Positions 51,101 to 63,718 of a DNA stretch of 64,000 bases are shown piece by piece (positions within the stretch are counted from its first letter, which is position 1; each line of letters begins with the position of its first letter). The DNA is from Nageia nagi (Eukaryota; Plantae; Pinophyta): contig JBITNC010000002.1 of NCBI GenBank assembly GCA_050084985.1, positions 1,426,001-1,490,000 of the forward strand. Reading direction: 5' to 3'. A program made the position numbers and the translations under genes. Below the pieces are notes generated by a model that did no database searches, was not told where the DNA came from, and saw only the letters and a program-made list of their open reading frames with translations.

Positions 51101-53360
51101 GTTGGAGGATGTTGTTGTAGAGAACATCATGTTCTGAGTAAAAATGGATGATCGTACCTAGAACTCTAGAGGTGGGTGTGGGAGAGGGAGATATAGGGTG
51201 AGGGGGAGGTGGTTAAGCAAGGAGAGGGTGAGGTGTGCATGGTCTACCAAGGGGAGCTGTGGGGCAACATAAAAGGAATGGATGTGTGAGGTGAGCAAAG
51301 GGCTGGAGAGGATGTAGTCCACAACATTAAACCCGCCTACATGGGGGAAGCAGGTAAAGTGTCAAGATTGGAGGAACCAAGCAATGCTATTAACAATCAT
51401 AAGATCATGGGTTTCTTCGAGCTCAAGAAGGAACCTACCATAACCAGTGGGAGGTGAAGAGTCTGCAGAATGTCTCTAAAATAATAGGGGTCGATCTAGT
51501 GCCCAAATGTGCAATGGGTCCAAGATGCTATCGAAATACTGTGTCTGAGAACTCTCGATCCTGTCATTGAAGTCCCCCAATAACATGATCTCACCTTGCA
51601 TGGAGTATCGAATGATCTCTAGGGAAAGATCGAGGTAGAGGGATTCTCCTTAGTCCTAAATAGCATAATTCAAGGTTGTGGGTAGGAAGTAGCATCCAGC
51701 AATGTATACGTGCTTAAGGGGGGGAGTCTACACCAAGGAGATCTAGATGAAGTGAGCATGGGTATCAATAGCCTCTGTGCGGATCCGTGGAAGAAGAAGA
51801 TCATTGACTAAGAAATCCACCCCGCCTGAGCCACGCCCACTAAATCTCGTACGTCCAACAATCTTATAGGTGATCCATGTAATATCTAAGATGGGGGGGC
51901 CCCTTCACAGAACTCTCATGTGTCTCAGAGAAGCATATCAAATCTAACTGATGGATTACATCCTGGATTGATCCGCGAGAAGACCAAAGCACCCCATTAC
52001 AGTTCTAGATTAAGACCATGAGTGTTGAGAGTTCTGAGTAGTTCCTCGATGACCATCATGTGGACATAGAAGATGAGGTGGGGGCCAAGTTTTAGACCAA
52101 CCTACAGGAGGAGAGTCTCTAATCGAAGCTTGATAATTACAAATGATAGCCCATTTACCCGCTTGCGTAACTTCCACAACCGCCTTCCTTGTTGTGGTGA
52201 AATCTTACGATTGCATGTAGGTGAGGTCCTCGTCTATGTAAATGCAATCTGGTAATGAAGTGATAGTCTTCTTGGCATGGAGAATGGCAAGTCTGTGTTC
52301 CATCATAGTAAGACAAAAGATTATAGATGAGTCTTGGGTCACCCAAGTTCTATCAATTAGGATATTTGGGAGATTTAGAGTGTTGCGTATGAGTTTTACG
52401 ACTGTATGCGATGGACTTTCACCTGGTGCCAAACCTCTAATCTGTAGGTTAGTGCCTTAGACTATCTACGTTTTTTCTCATCGAATTTTTCTTGGACTGA
52501 AGATATAATAATAGGGGAAGGGATGGATTTGTTACCCTTAGCCACCTCTTTCTAAGATCTTTATTCTTGAATTTCGTTTGCCAAGTTTACTTGTGTGTCC
52601 TTATGGCTAAGGACCTTTGCTTTGAGTGCATTAACTTCTTGTTGAAGGCATTCAATTGAATTGGGGGAAGGAGCAACAATTTTGGAGGAAATTTCTACTT
52701 CGAGCTTCCTGAGCATTAAGTTGGTTTTGGAGGGCGATTATGAGTGTCTATTATGCTGCCTTCCTTGAAAGCAAGGATGAGATTTGGTCAGACAATTGTT
52801 GTGTTAACTTCTCCAGTATCATGACTATAAGAGATGGGATCTTAGCCTATGAAATCGGTTCTATGACTGAAATTGCTCTCCCCCCTACAGGAGTAGAAGG
52901 CGACAAAGCCAACAATCCATCCTTCCTTGGCCTACCACATTTTTTCTTTGTCATCGTATCCCTAGCTTGCATCCCCAATCCTATAGTCTAAAACGAGGTG
53001 TTTTGTCAAACACTTGGCATACTACCAGGTCTACTTTATTTATTACTTGCTATGTAATCTTGCTTTTTGTTCTTTCTACGAGGGCTAGGCTGTAGGCACA
53101 ATAATGGGTTGTATGTACATTAAGAAGTATAGGTTTGTCAAGGGTAAGTCTACAGGTTTGTTAGGAAAGCAGAGCAATAATCAATTGTAATAAAGCAAAG
53201 GGCCTCCAACGTTGGCAGGGTCTAAATTCCAACACATCCACAACAAAAAGGCAAAAGCAAACTCTCCACGTTGTAACACAACACAAAATGAGCAGCAATC
53301 AGGTACATTAAAAGGGGTCGTGAGTTGTTTAACAAAATGCCTCTCTGAACGACTGTGAAT
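48193..53360 (-). mobile_element. Full-length two-ORF non-LTR retrotransposon (RTE-X-like), pseudogenised
   Basis: ORF1 with IYIDEDLT; APE (ICFSETH, LLGDFN, VVDYILSS); RT (CFFVDFMKAFD, GVRQGCSVSPTLFGLYIDELE); C-terminal DHFIFRCSVYNEIR; candidate 11-bp TSD TAATTGACAAA (48182-48192) / TATTTGACAAA (53361-53371). Confidence 0.85.
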
Positions 53361-53567
53361 TATTTGACAAAATGTAACTTGATCTCGAAAGAATCATTTA
53401 TCTCATAACTCGTGTACTTACTTGCAGACTAAGGATAGAAAAATAAATACTTGTCACTTTACCTTGATGATTAAAGTTATATACAAATTAGAACTTATCG
53501 ACAATGTAGATCTCAAGATTACAAACTTTTCAAACAAATAAGATAGAACAACCCACGTTTGCGCCTA

Positions 53568-54009
53568 TGTTGGGATGGCATTTGCACTTAAGGCAACATC
53601 TGCATTAGGATCCCTACAACTTAGTATTTGTAATCAAGATCCAATAGTAGTATAATGATTGTTAAGCCTAATCTAACATATAATAGTGAATTAAAAAAAT
53701 GAAAAAGCTTGTGTAATATTAAATCTCAATCTCAATAGGCGATGTTGAAGAACACCTAAAAGTAGTAGTTGAATGTGATTATCAAGATAAAGATATAATA
53801 ATCTCCTCATGTAGATCAATCCTCGATTTATAAGCAAGAAAACTCCCACAATACATGTCTAGAGGCTAGCGTTATTTCACAAAAAAAGAGAAAATATACA
53901 TGTAGAGAAGACGTTCATAACCATCCATTATAAGATATAACATGTAACAATCTAATATAACACCACACTTAATAAGTAGGCTAGGGGTGGACAAAATTAA
54001 GTGTCAACA
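53568..54009 (-). repeat. 5' LTR of the second Tat element
   Basis: TGTTGGGA..GTGTCAACA termini; adjacent degenerate tRNA-Lys PBS (CCCACGTTTGCGCCTA on +). Confidence 0.75.
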
Positions 54010-57000
54010 CCTAAAAAAGATGGAAATATGAAAAGTTACCTATCGTAATTGTGATAAGCAAATGAACCTTAGGAACATGTAAGGAACGATCTAATAGAGA
54101 TGCATTGAAGATTGGACGACCTAATTCCTTAGGAAGGATACTACTAGTAGTTTGTTTGATCTCAAATATGGAATATCAATAATCCTTTTGTAGGCGAACT
54201 AAGCATTGAACAAGATCTTGATGGTTGTTTATGCCTACAAAGATGTTATTCATGTATGCATAGTCATAAATAGATCTTGTAAGAAAATACATATTTATAA
54301 TTCCAATCTTGATAGGTGACATCAAAAGATGTTGTAACTGTAGACGCCTCAAAATGAACCTTTATGTATTTAATAAATCATTTTAATCCCTTAACAATGT
54401 ATTATTTAAAAAGGGATTTAAAATGTATAAAAAAGGTGTAGATCATGTATTTGACCCTTGTGGAATGTACTTAGCGTTAAAATATCAAAATCATGTAAAC
54501 TTGTATCATATATAAAGGCATCATTTGATGACCCATAGGATCATGGGCGAATCATAGGTAAATAATCATTTCAAGTTAATACAAAGATTATCAATTAAAG
54601 ATCATTTGAAGGATTGCAACTTGCTTTGTCTATCTATATTGTGCATCTATTATTCTGTAAGTTTGCATGTATATTCATCATTTGATTATTTGCTAATTTT
54701 TTCATCGCTACATTCTTGTTCATGTTGGTAATTTTGTTCATCCTACGATGCCGATGGCATGCCAATTATAGGGTGCTGACAGCATGCTCGTTCATGAATG
54801 TATGCTCTATTTTTTGTGAATTTTATGATTAACGAAATTAATATAGAATATAAGTAAACAGTATTGCATTTTTGTTACATATTATTGTCATATTTCTGAT
54901 ATATGCGTCAATATTTACAAAGTAGAGCAATAGTGCAGTAATCAACCCAATTTGCATTAATCGCATTATTTAGCATCTACAATAGCAAATATGAGTATGA
55001 ACACTATCAAGTAACAAAAGATACTTTCAAATATATTGTATTGATAATGGACTTATGGGGTTCTCCATTATATAGGTATCTCACCTCCTTGGGCCATGTA
55101 CAACCTAGATAAAATAAACATATTAGTCTAGATAGTTATAGAAAATATCATTATTGATACCTGTAATTAGACTTTTAAATAAAATAAAAATCAAATTAAG
55201 GTGTCTACACTAACTTTGTCAGTTTATAATTATATAATGCATATTATTTTAAAGCTTTACTTTCAATAGGGAGTAAACTAAATTCCATAAGGAGGATAGG
55301 GTAAGATATGTTATTTTTTATTTTGAAGTTATAAAGGATAAATTATTTTTGAATTCACTCAATTTTATTTTATGTTTATCGAGATATGCTTTCAACTAAA
55401 ACTTCACAACCAAAGAGTATTATTGGAGTTCCAAGGCAAGAGAAAAGAGTTTTCTTTTTATCCCAATTCTAGAGTCCTACATTTTTACATTTATTTTCAA
55501 ACACAATATTTTCCATCTAGCAAAGATTGTTTTGTCAACACATAAATTCTAGTTTAGTTTATGATTTAAATCAATACCCAAGTATTTATAAGATTGAATC
55601 ATCTCTAATTGTTGGATATTGAAGAGGGTCATGGGGTGATCAATTTTTTTAGATTTAATTATCGTAACTTTTATTTTATCTACATTAATTGTTAAATGAA
55701 AACTATTACAAAATGCTTGAAGAGTATTTAATTATTTTACAAGATTATCATAATGTCTAGCTAACAAGATAATATTGTTTGTGTAAAGAAGAATAAGATT
55801 ATGAAGATTGGTGCCTATGCATCTAACTTCTTCAAAATAATTTTCTAGTTGATCTATGCAAATACTAAATTAAGTGGGGGATAGTGAGCAACCTTGTTTA
55901 CTTCAATATTGCAACTAATTTCTTCATACCACTCTTGATTAGTTTTGAGATTGATCATAACTTGTTCATAAAGCCTATAAATGAAAAATCTTAACTCATA
56001 AAGTATATTTAATTTAGCGATATAGTCTTATAGTTTATCCATAGGAATAATATCAAAGGCTTTTTTAGTATCTACAAAGTAAGCAAGTCTTCTTTATCAT
56101 TTTGATAATTTTTAGCAAAAATTTAAAAAGTGAGGATGTGATCAATTATCAAATGTTTTCTTCCAAAATTAGTTTGACCTTTAGCTCTTAAATTATTATT
56201 ATCAAGCTAATTGCTAATTTTATTTTTTATGATACCACCAAAGAGTTTGACAACTAAAAGCCTTATCATAATACATTTATGATTCGACGAGTTATTTTTG
56301 TCCCCAATTTTGTAAATAGGAATGATTGAGTTAATAGTCCATTACTTAACAAATCCTTCTTTAAAAGAAGTGTTAAAAAGAGTTAGGATATGGAGAGCGA
56401 GGCTACAAATTTATAAAAATTCAAAAATTTTACTTAATATGCTTTTATGTCTTTGGCCTTCCCATTTGATAATCTTTTAATTCCATCTTTAATGTTGTTT
56501 AAAAAGTAAATATTATTTTGCTTGAAAGGAGTTGTTAATTCTTGAAAAGATTATTTTAGATTTAGAAGGTAGCTATACAATTTTTTGAGATAGAAATTCA
56601 ACTATTTAAGTCAATTTGAGATTTAGTTGCCATTTTCTTAGGTAAAATTATTTTCTAAAACTATTTTGGATTGCATTTGCACATATCTAGAAGTTTATCT
56701 TCTTGTTGATCCAAAACTAATCATTTATTATATTTAATTAACATATTATATTTGTTTTTATTTTACATTGTTTATTTATATCATTTAGAACAGTTTTAAT
56801 ATTTTTCTAACAATTTCGTATTCCATGGTGTACCATCTATTCACTTTTCTATTCTTATACGAGATATATTTTTTACAAGAATGTTTATTAATGCAAGTAG
56901 ATAACTTAGAAGTGAAATTATTATATAAATTAATTATTGAAGATAAGAGTTACAAAGATGAGTGAAAAGCATCTTGTAGGTCTTTTTGGAAGACATCATG

Positions 57001-58250
57001 CTCATTATGATTGAAGAAAATCTTTGCAACTTTAGTTTTATTGCAATGAAAGTTGTTTGTATGTAAAGAATCTATTTTTTAAGTGTAAAAACAATAGGTC
57101 AATGGTAAAATATTTGTTAATTATACTTTGTTTGCAACTAATTCAAACATTAAAGTCCCCAAGAATAATTATCTCCCACTTTGGTTTAAAGTAGGTAATA
57201 TTGTTCCTAAGGTTTAAAAAGGAAAAAAATATTATCTAATTAGTGTTTTTTTGTAGAAAGTTGAATTGCTAGGAGCAAAATAACATATAAGAAAAAAATA
57301 TTAACTTATATTTATTATTTAATTCAAACCATGTAAATTGGTTATTTGGGTTATTCTTGACTAACTTAAAGGAATTAGCTAGGTGAGATTTGTAGTAACA
57401 AGCAATCATCCTATAACCTCAACCAATATGTGTTTTGTTCCAAATGAAGGATAAATTGAATTCCTCCATAATAGCAAGATGCTTTTCATCATGCTCCCAA
57501 GTTTCAATTAAAAAGATTATATCTACATTATGGGGAATCCAACTTAGTTGGAGGCCTCTTTCCCATGGAGAACAATTATTATTCCATAGAAGTACCCAAA
57601 ACTTTGGTTGTTATTCTAGTTTATTTTCTAAGATTACAACTTTACAATTTTTAATGAATGTTATTTTTTCCATCCTTTCTTGCTTCTTTCATTTTTTATA
57701 TTTATTTGTGTAATTTAAATTGTCCTCGGGAAGGAGGTCTTCATTTATAAAAACTCCTATTCATTTTAATTTTTGCAAAGCAAATTTTATCTTAAGGTAG
57801 AAGGAAAAACCTTAATATGAACTAGTCTCTTCATGTCTTCTATTTTTTTCCCTACTCTTTCAAATTCCAACATCTCATTGGTATTAACTTCTAAGATTTC
57901 TTGAAATTTGGTTCTAACGATTTCTAAAGTATATTCTTGATCTGATTCATCTAAACCTGCTATGATTAAATTTAAAGATCGATTAGCTTATTCTTGATCT
58001 AGTATTAATTCTCTATTTGTCTTATTTGTTAGGGAAAGGTTTACATGTATCATTTTTTTAGAAAGATATATTAATAGTTGGATCCTTTATTTTGTTTGCT
58101 TGTTCAAGTATTTGATTTAGGTTGGAATAAAGAAAACCTATTTGATTAGTTTTTATGTTGAAGTTATTTTAATAGTTTTAGATGTGATCGTATGTTTTCA
58201 ATCACATGTTTTAAGTGTGTTATTTCTTAATTAATTTTTTATCTTGTTTA
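54010..58250 (-). mobile_element. Highly decayed AT-rich RTE-X-like LINE (ORF1, APE, RT, C-terminal domain)
   Basis: Minus-strand remnants: VFINEDL (near 57740), LLWNNN..DIIFLIETW (57500-57590), IILGDFN (near 57160), KKAFDII (near 56060), KQGCSLSP (near 55890), LSQLR (near 54050). Confidence 0.75.
54339..55209. mobile_element. Solo LTR (Ogre-type termini)
   Basis: TGTAGACGCC..GGTGTCTACA inverted termini; TSD GTAAC/CTAAC. Confidence 0.8.
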
Positions 58251-58254
58251 CAAA

Positions 58255-59223
58255 AGCTTTAACTCTTAGGCAATAGTCTCCTACATTCTCTCATTCATTC
58301 ATTTTGAGGTTCTCAAATTCTCTCTTCAAAGTTTGAAGCTTGACTTGCTTCACTTAATCACTACCTCAGTACCCATCCTTCAATGCCTTCCATGCTTCTT
58401 TTTTTGCAGTAAATGAGGCAATTCTTGGAAAGATATTCTTCTCCAAGCTTTGATTCAAGATGGTACAAAGCATAGCTATTATTTTTTTGGCCTCCTTTGT
58501 TGCATTCTTTTCATTGGCAGCAAGAGTGCTCCAATCAGTATGTTCAATGTAACCTTCTTTAACTATATCCCAAATGCCTTTGCATATGAGTAGAGTTCTC
58601 ATTTTGATACTCTAATACTCATAATCATCACCAATGAACTCATGAAGAGGCAATGAGTTGTTCTTGCCAGCCATTGTAGATTGCTCAACAAAAAGAATTT
58701 CTCAATGAAAAGCTTGGGCACAAGCTTTTGCAAAGACTCGATAAATTTTTACAAAACTCCCACAAGCTCTCTCTAACCCAAAAGATCAACAAGCTTTGAT
58801 ACCACAATGAGAAATATGCTTATTGAATTACTAAGAAAACAAAATATGGTACATATATAGTTCTCTAATAGAACTAGATTACAAAGTTGTTTGGGAATGG
58901 TATTCTCATGTTCAACCAAATCTACTTCAAAATATATTTAAATCCTTGTGAAATCCTTAACAAACTACTAAACTACACTCCTACATGTTCCAGATGTTTA
59001 CAACAACAATCCACACGAAAATGGTAACAATACAAGCTAAGAAACTAACAAAAAACCACGAACAATCACCCTCTACCCATGGAACAATGTCAATCGGTAT
59101 GCATCAAACCGACTAGTTAGATTGATCATCCGACTATGTTGATCGATCACCTGATTGGTATGATGATTCGATTATCGATTGGTCTTATGAGGGATCAAAC
59201 CTATAACGTCCAATTAGATAACA
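58255..59223 (-). mobile_element. 5' fragment of a Copia element (LTR 58808-59223, PBS, gag N-terminus)
   Basis: MRTLLICKGIWDIVKEGY..AWKALKDGY; PBS TGGTATCAAAGC at 58793-58804; TTCTCA-TTG-TGGTATCA junction shared with 32704-32720. Confidence 0.85.
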
Positions 59224-62200
59224 GGATGTTGAATCTTTGATGATAACATGCTTTGATCAGGCTCAAACTTCAACATAAGCTTTATGCAATTAGTAAATTT
59301 ATTGGAGCACGGTATGGGCTATCAAGCTTGAGAGCATGGTTTGAATTAAAATGGAAACCAAAAGGTGAGATCTGCTTCTCTATGCTTCCTCATGGTTTTT
59401 TGGAGTGGCCTTCGCTAATGAAGAATACCTCACACCATCGTTCATGGGGAACTCTGGACTCTATGTCAAACAATGGCATGAAGGATTTGATCCTCAAAAG
59501 GAATTGATCACAAAGATCCTTGTTTGGATTAGACTTATGGACTTCCCTTATAGTTATGGAATGTTAGAGTAGTTTGGCAATGCTCTAAGCGAATTCTTGA
59601 AGGTTGACAATAATTTTTTAACTAAGGAGAATGTCATGCAACCTGAATCTATGAAATCAAGCTCTCTTTAAAAAGAGGTTGTTGGACCCAAACCTTGGAT
59701 TATGAACAAATTCCTTAAGTGCAAATGGTGCCATGAAATAGGTCACCTCATAGCTCATTACCCTTTATCCTTGGAGGTTGAACCTACTCAAGTGCTGCAA
59801 GAACTAGTCAAGGAAAAGAAAGGAAGTCGAAAGTATCACAAATCCTAGCAAAAGTCAAAGAACCATAAATACCGGGACTAACAAGGTTTGGAAGGAGAAA
59901 ACAAATACTTAGTTGATCATTAAAGAATCCATTATCGCCAACACTTCCCCAACAACGAGTTGGAGGCAAGTGGTGATAGAGAGTTCAAAGGCCAAACAAA
60001 TTGAAAAGAGGATTAAGGAGAGCCAATCAATTGGAATGGAGGTTAACCATAAGGATGATGACTTCTTAGTGCCTAATTCAATAGTATCAACATACGAAGA
60101 GAAGGATGTGTGAGATGATGATCTAACTCCAAAGGCTATAAGCACAAAGAAGAGGGTTCTTGACATGGGGACAATTCCCAAAACTAGGAAAAGACCCTCC
60201 ACATAAGAGATAAATACGAAACATGTAGAAAAAGAAATTGTTGTCGGCGGAAATGAAAGTCATATCGTGGAATATAAGGGGGTTGAACAACCTTAACAAA
60301 AATATAGGCAATTCAAATCTTTTGTTCATCAACATGGATAGAATGTTATATTACTTCAAGAAACTAAACTCAATTTATATAACAATTTGAACCTCATCAC
60401 AACCTATTAGAGTAAGGATTTTGGTGTATCAATGGAGTCTCAAGGAGCTTCTAGAGGCTTAATTACAACATGGAGAAAAGATAGTGTTACAAGCACTTTA
60501 TTAAGCAAGTCAAACAATCAGGTGACCATCAAGTTTACTTCCAATAAATTCAACTTTTCTTTAACCAACATTTATGCACCAAATCATTCTGGTTGGTGGA
60601 AGAAACTATGGAATGGTCTAGAGGAATTGAATGCAATTATAGGGGGTACTAAATGGCTTATTGCTAGTGATTTCAACACTATCTTATCTATGGCATAAAA
60701 AAAGGGGGTAAACATCAACTGCATGGACAACATACTGGACCTTAGGGAATGTCAAATAATAATCTAGCAGATTTAGAAGTGTTGAATGCCAACTTTACAT
60801 GGAAAAATGGTAGAATAGATGATTAATCTATACAATGCAAACTTGACAGAATGATGATGAATATGGAATAGTACTACAATGATGATGTCTTTAGTCTTTA
60901 GGCCCTAGCTTGAATAGGATCTAACCACAATCTGTTAGTTCTAACTCTTAAAGAAAGACTATGATCGATCAAATCTTTGTTCAAATTTGAACAGATGTGG
61001 TTGGAGAGTAAGGGCTTTCACAACAAGCTCCCTGACTGGTGAAATATTCCAATGTTTGGCTTGAAAAGCTATTGCCTCACAACCAAATTATAAACAAGTT
61101 GAAAGAATGTTTGAAGATATAGAATAAAACATAATTTGGCAATATTTTTCAATGTCAAAGAAGAATTAGAGCTCAAAATAAAAAAATAATATTGGTCAAG
61201 AAATTGAAAGACAATGCTATACTTAGGAAGTCCAAAGAGAGGAAAAAGAATTACTAATTCACTATCACACTACCCTTTCCAAAGAGGAAACCTTTTGGAG
61301 ACATAAATCAAGGGCAATATGCCATGAGGAGTTGGTGTAGTGGTAAGTTCTCTTGGTCTCCATTTAGAAGGTCAAGGGTTCCAATCCCACAAGCCAAACA
61401 GAGGAAACTATGCCCATGTGGAGGGGTAATAAAGGAAGTAATAAAACCTAAGTTGTTGGTAGAGGCTGACCAAGGTTTCATACATAGTAGGTTATAGGAC
61501 TCTCCATTACACGTACATGGACATAAAATCTTTGGAATTTTACCCTAAATTTTAGTCGTGAGGCATTGGTATAGTGGTAAGGTCTCTTGGTCTCCCTTTG
61601 GGAGGTCACGAGTTCCAATCCCACAAGCCAAAGAGAGGAAACTATACCCATGTGGAGGGGTAATAAAGGAAGTGGTAAAACCCATCTACATGTTGGTAGA
61701 GGTCAACCAAGGTTTCCTACATGGTAAGTTATAAGAACTCCCCATTACACGCACATGGATATAGAATCCTTGCACTGTACCCTAATGTTTTTTAGCTAAA
61801 TTACTCTTGATTGAAAAAACTCTCTATTTTGTGGATACCATGTAGACTATTGAATGTCCATCTTGTACTGTATAAAATAAACAGTGGCGAGTGGTTGTCG
61901 ATAATGTTACAAATTTGTTGTTACAAGTTTTGGGTACCTGTATATAAAACCCCTCTCAATTTACCAAGTGGCCCTTTTTTTGTCCCGACCAAAAAAAATC
62001 AAGGGAAATATAGCTAAAAGGAGATAAAAACACTAAATTCTTCCATTCCACGCTAATCAAACATAAAAGATCCACCCAAATCAAGGAAATAACTATTGAA
62101 CAAAATGTTATCATAGTTGAAGAGGTTATCAAAATTGAAATTGGGGACTTCTTCAAGAGAAGATTTAGTGGGGGCAATGAAATAAAGGAAGAAGATATGA

Positions 62201-63718
62201 CAAAGTGCTACATACTATTCCAAGAATAGTATCTACTTCTATGAACAAAGCTCTCAATAAGAAGATGTCGGAGGAAGAAATCAAAGAGGCATTATTCTCG
62301 ATGAAAAGAGACAATGCCCCTAATCTAGATGGCATTCTAATTGACTTCTTTCAAAAATGTTGGGAGCTTGTCAAGATGGATGTAATGGAAGCAAATTGGG
62401 AAGCTCAAAAATTTAGAAAAGTGGAAAAGAGAATGAATAACACCTTTGTAGATATACTAAAGAAAAAACCAATAGCCATTTCATTAGATGATTGCAAACC
62501 AATCAATCTTTGTAATGTAGCTTATAAGATTCTTACAAAAGCATTAACATAGATATAAAACAAGGTTCTCCCTCACATAATCTCGGAATAGCAACATGCT
62601 TTTGTAAAAGGATGCCAAATATTAGATGGGGTAGCAATAGTGCATGAAATCATCCACTATCTTAACAAGAACAGACAAGAAGGCATGCTTCTAAAATTGG
62701 ATGTTAGCAAAGCTTATGACAAGATGTCATGGGCATTTTTAGACAAATCCTCCAAAGTTTTGCCTTTTCAAGATGGTGGAGGAAACTTATCTACGATTGT
62801 AATTCAACCTCCTCCTTTTCCAATCTAGTTAATGATGCTACGAAAGGCTATCTTAGGAGTACTAGAGGTCTAAAACAAGGTGATTCAATATCATCGTCCT
62901 TATTCATCATAATGGCAGAAGCTCTTGAAAGATCAATAACAACTGCAAAGAGAAGGAATATAATCATAGGTTTAAAGATAAGTAGCAAACTTCCCTATAT
63001 CACTAATATAAAACTTGTACATGGTACACTGCTTTTAGGAAAAGCTTTTGTTGAAGCAAAGGCTTTGAAACATGTCCTGAGTAGTTATGAAAGAATTTCC
63101 TTATTTCATGAACACTCTTATCCCAAGACAAAATAAAATTAAACATATCATCAACTACAACATTGAAAGTCTTCCTTCTTCTTACTTGGGTTTACCCCAT
63201 TTTGAAGGATAGTTTAATGCTCCACATTGGGATATAGTTATAGAAAGAGTCCCCAAAAAACTTGTGTTGGAGGAACAATTCTCTCAATCACCCTGGGAAG
63301 ATGGTATTGATTCAATCCACCCTTCAAAATCTCCCCATCTATATGATTTTCATGTTCAAAATCCCAACCAAGATCGTTGATAAGTTAGAAGCAATAATTA
63401 GAAATTTCTTATGGAAAGGAATAGAGGATAGGAACAGAGTTCATCTACTTAATTGCGAGACGATATGCCTCCCAAAATCATATGGAGATATGGGTCTTAA
63501 GAATTTCACAGCTCTTAACAAAGCATTGTCTACCAAATTAGTGTGGCGTCTAGCTAACTCTAGAGGAAATATCCAGAAGGAGATTATGAGAGCCAAATAT
63601 CTCCAGAATAAAGAACTATCTTCAACTCTATGGGACAAAGATTTAAAGGAAGGTTCAATTGTGTGGAATCACTTATAGAAGAGAAGTCTTTTGGGCCTAT
63701 TTACCCATAGAGGGATTG
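59224..63718 (+). mobile_element. Decayed L1-clade LINE (ORF1 remnant plus ORF2 APE-RT)
   Basis: ORF1 zinc knuckle CKWCHEIGH (near 59720); ORF2 MKVISWNIRGLN at 60253, NIYAPN, LKLDVSKAYDKMSW, RGLKQGD, GKMVLIQSTLQNLPIY. Confidence 0.92.
61321..61995 (+). mobile_element. Homodimeric tRNA-derived SINE inserted in the L1 ORF2
   Basis: Two monomers of about 235 bp (61321-61554, 61555 to about 61795), each with A box TGGTRTAGTGG and B-box-like GTTCCAATCC; A tail; 16-bp TSD AAATCAAGGGCAATAT / AAATCAAGGGAAATAT. Confidence 0.9.

Larger units (their letters stand above)
42150..54009 (-). mobile_element. Second decayed Ogre/Tat-type Gypsy element (gag-PR-G-patch-[RT/RH deleted]-aRH-INT); hosts a solo LTR and a LINE; 3' LTR not resolved
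   Basis: INT (VATKYFTKWVEVVPL, GDVLYKRSFEGIFLRCL), aRH (CTNNMDEYEALILGL), PR (YNILFGRACIHAM), gag 46618-47750; tRNA-Lys-type PBS 53552-53567; 5' LTR 53568-54009. Confidence 0.85.

Noticed and set aside
61325-61400. Possible tRNA genes here, at 61560-61630 and at 63940-63985
   Set aside because: A/B boxes are present but no complete cloverleaf; they are embedded in SINE or TRIM structures
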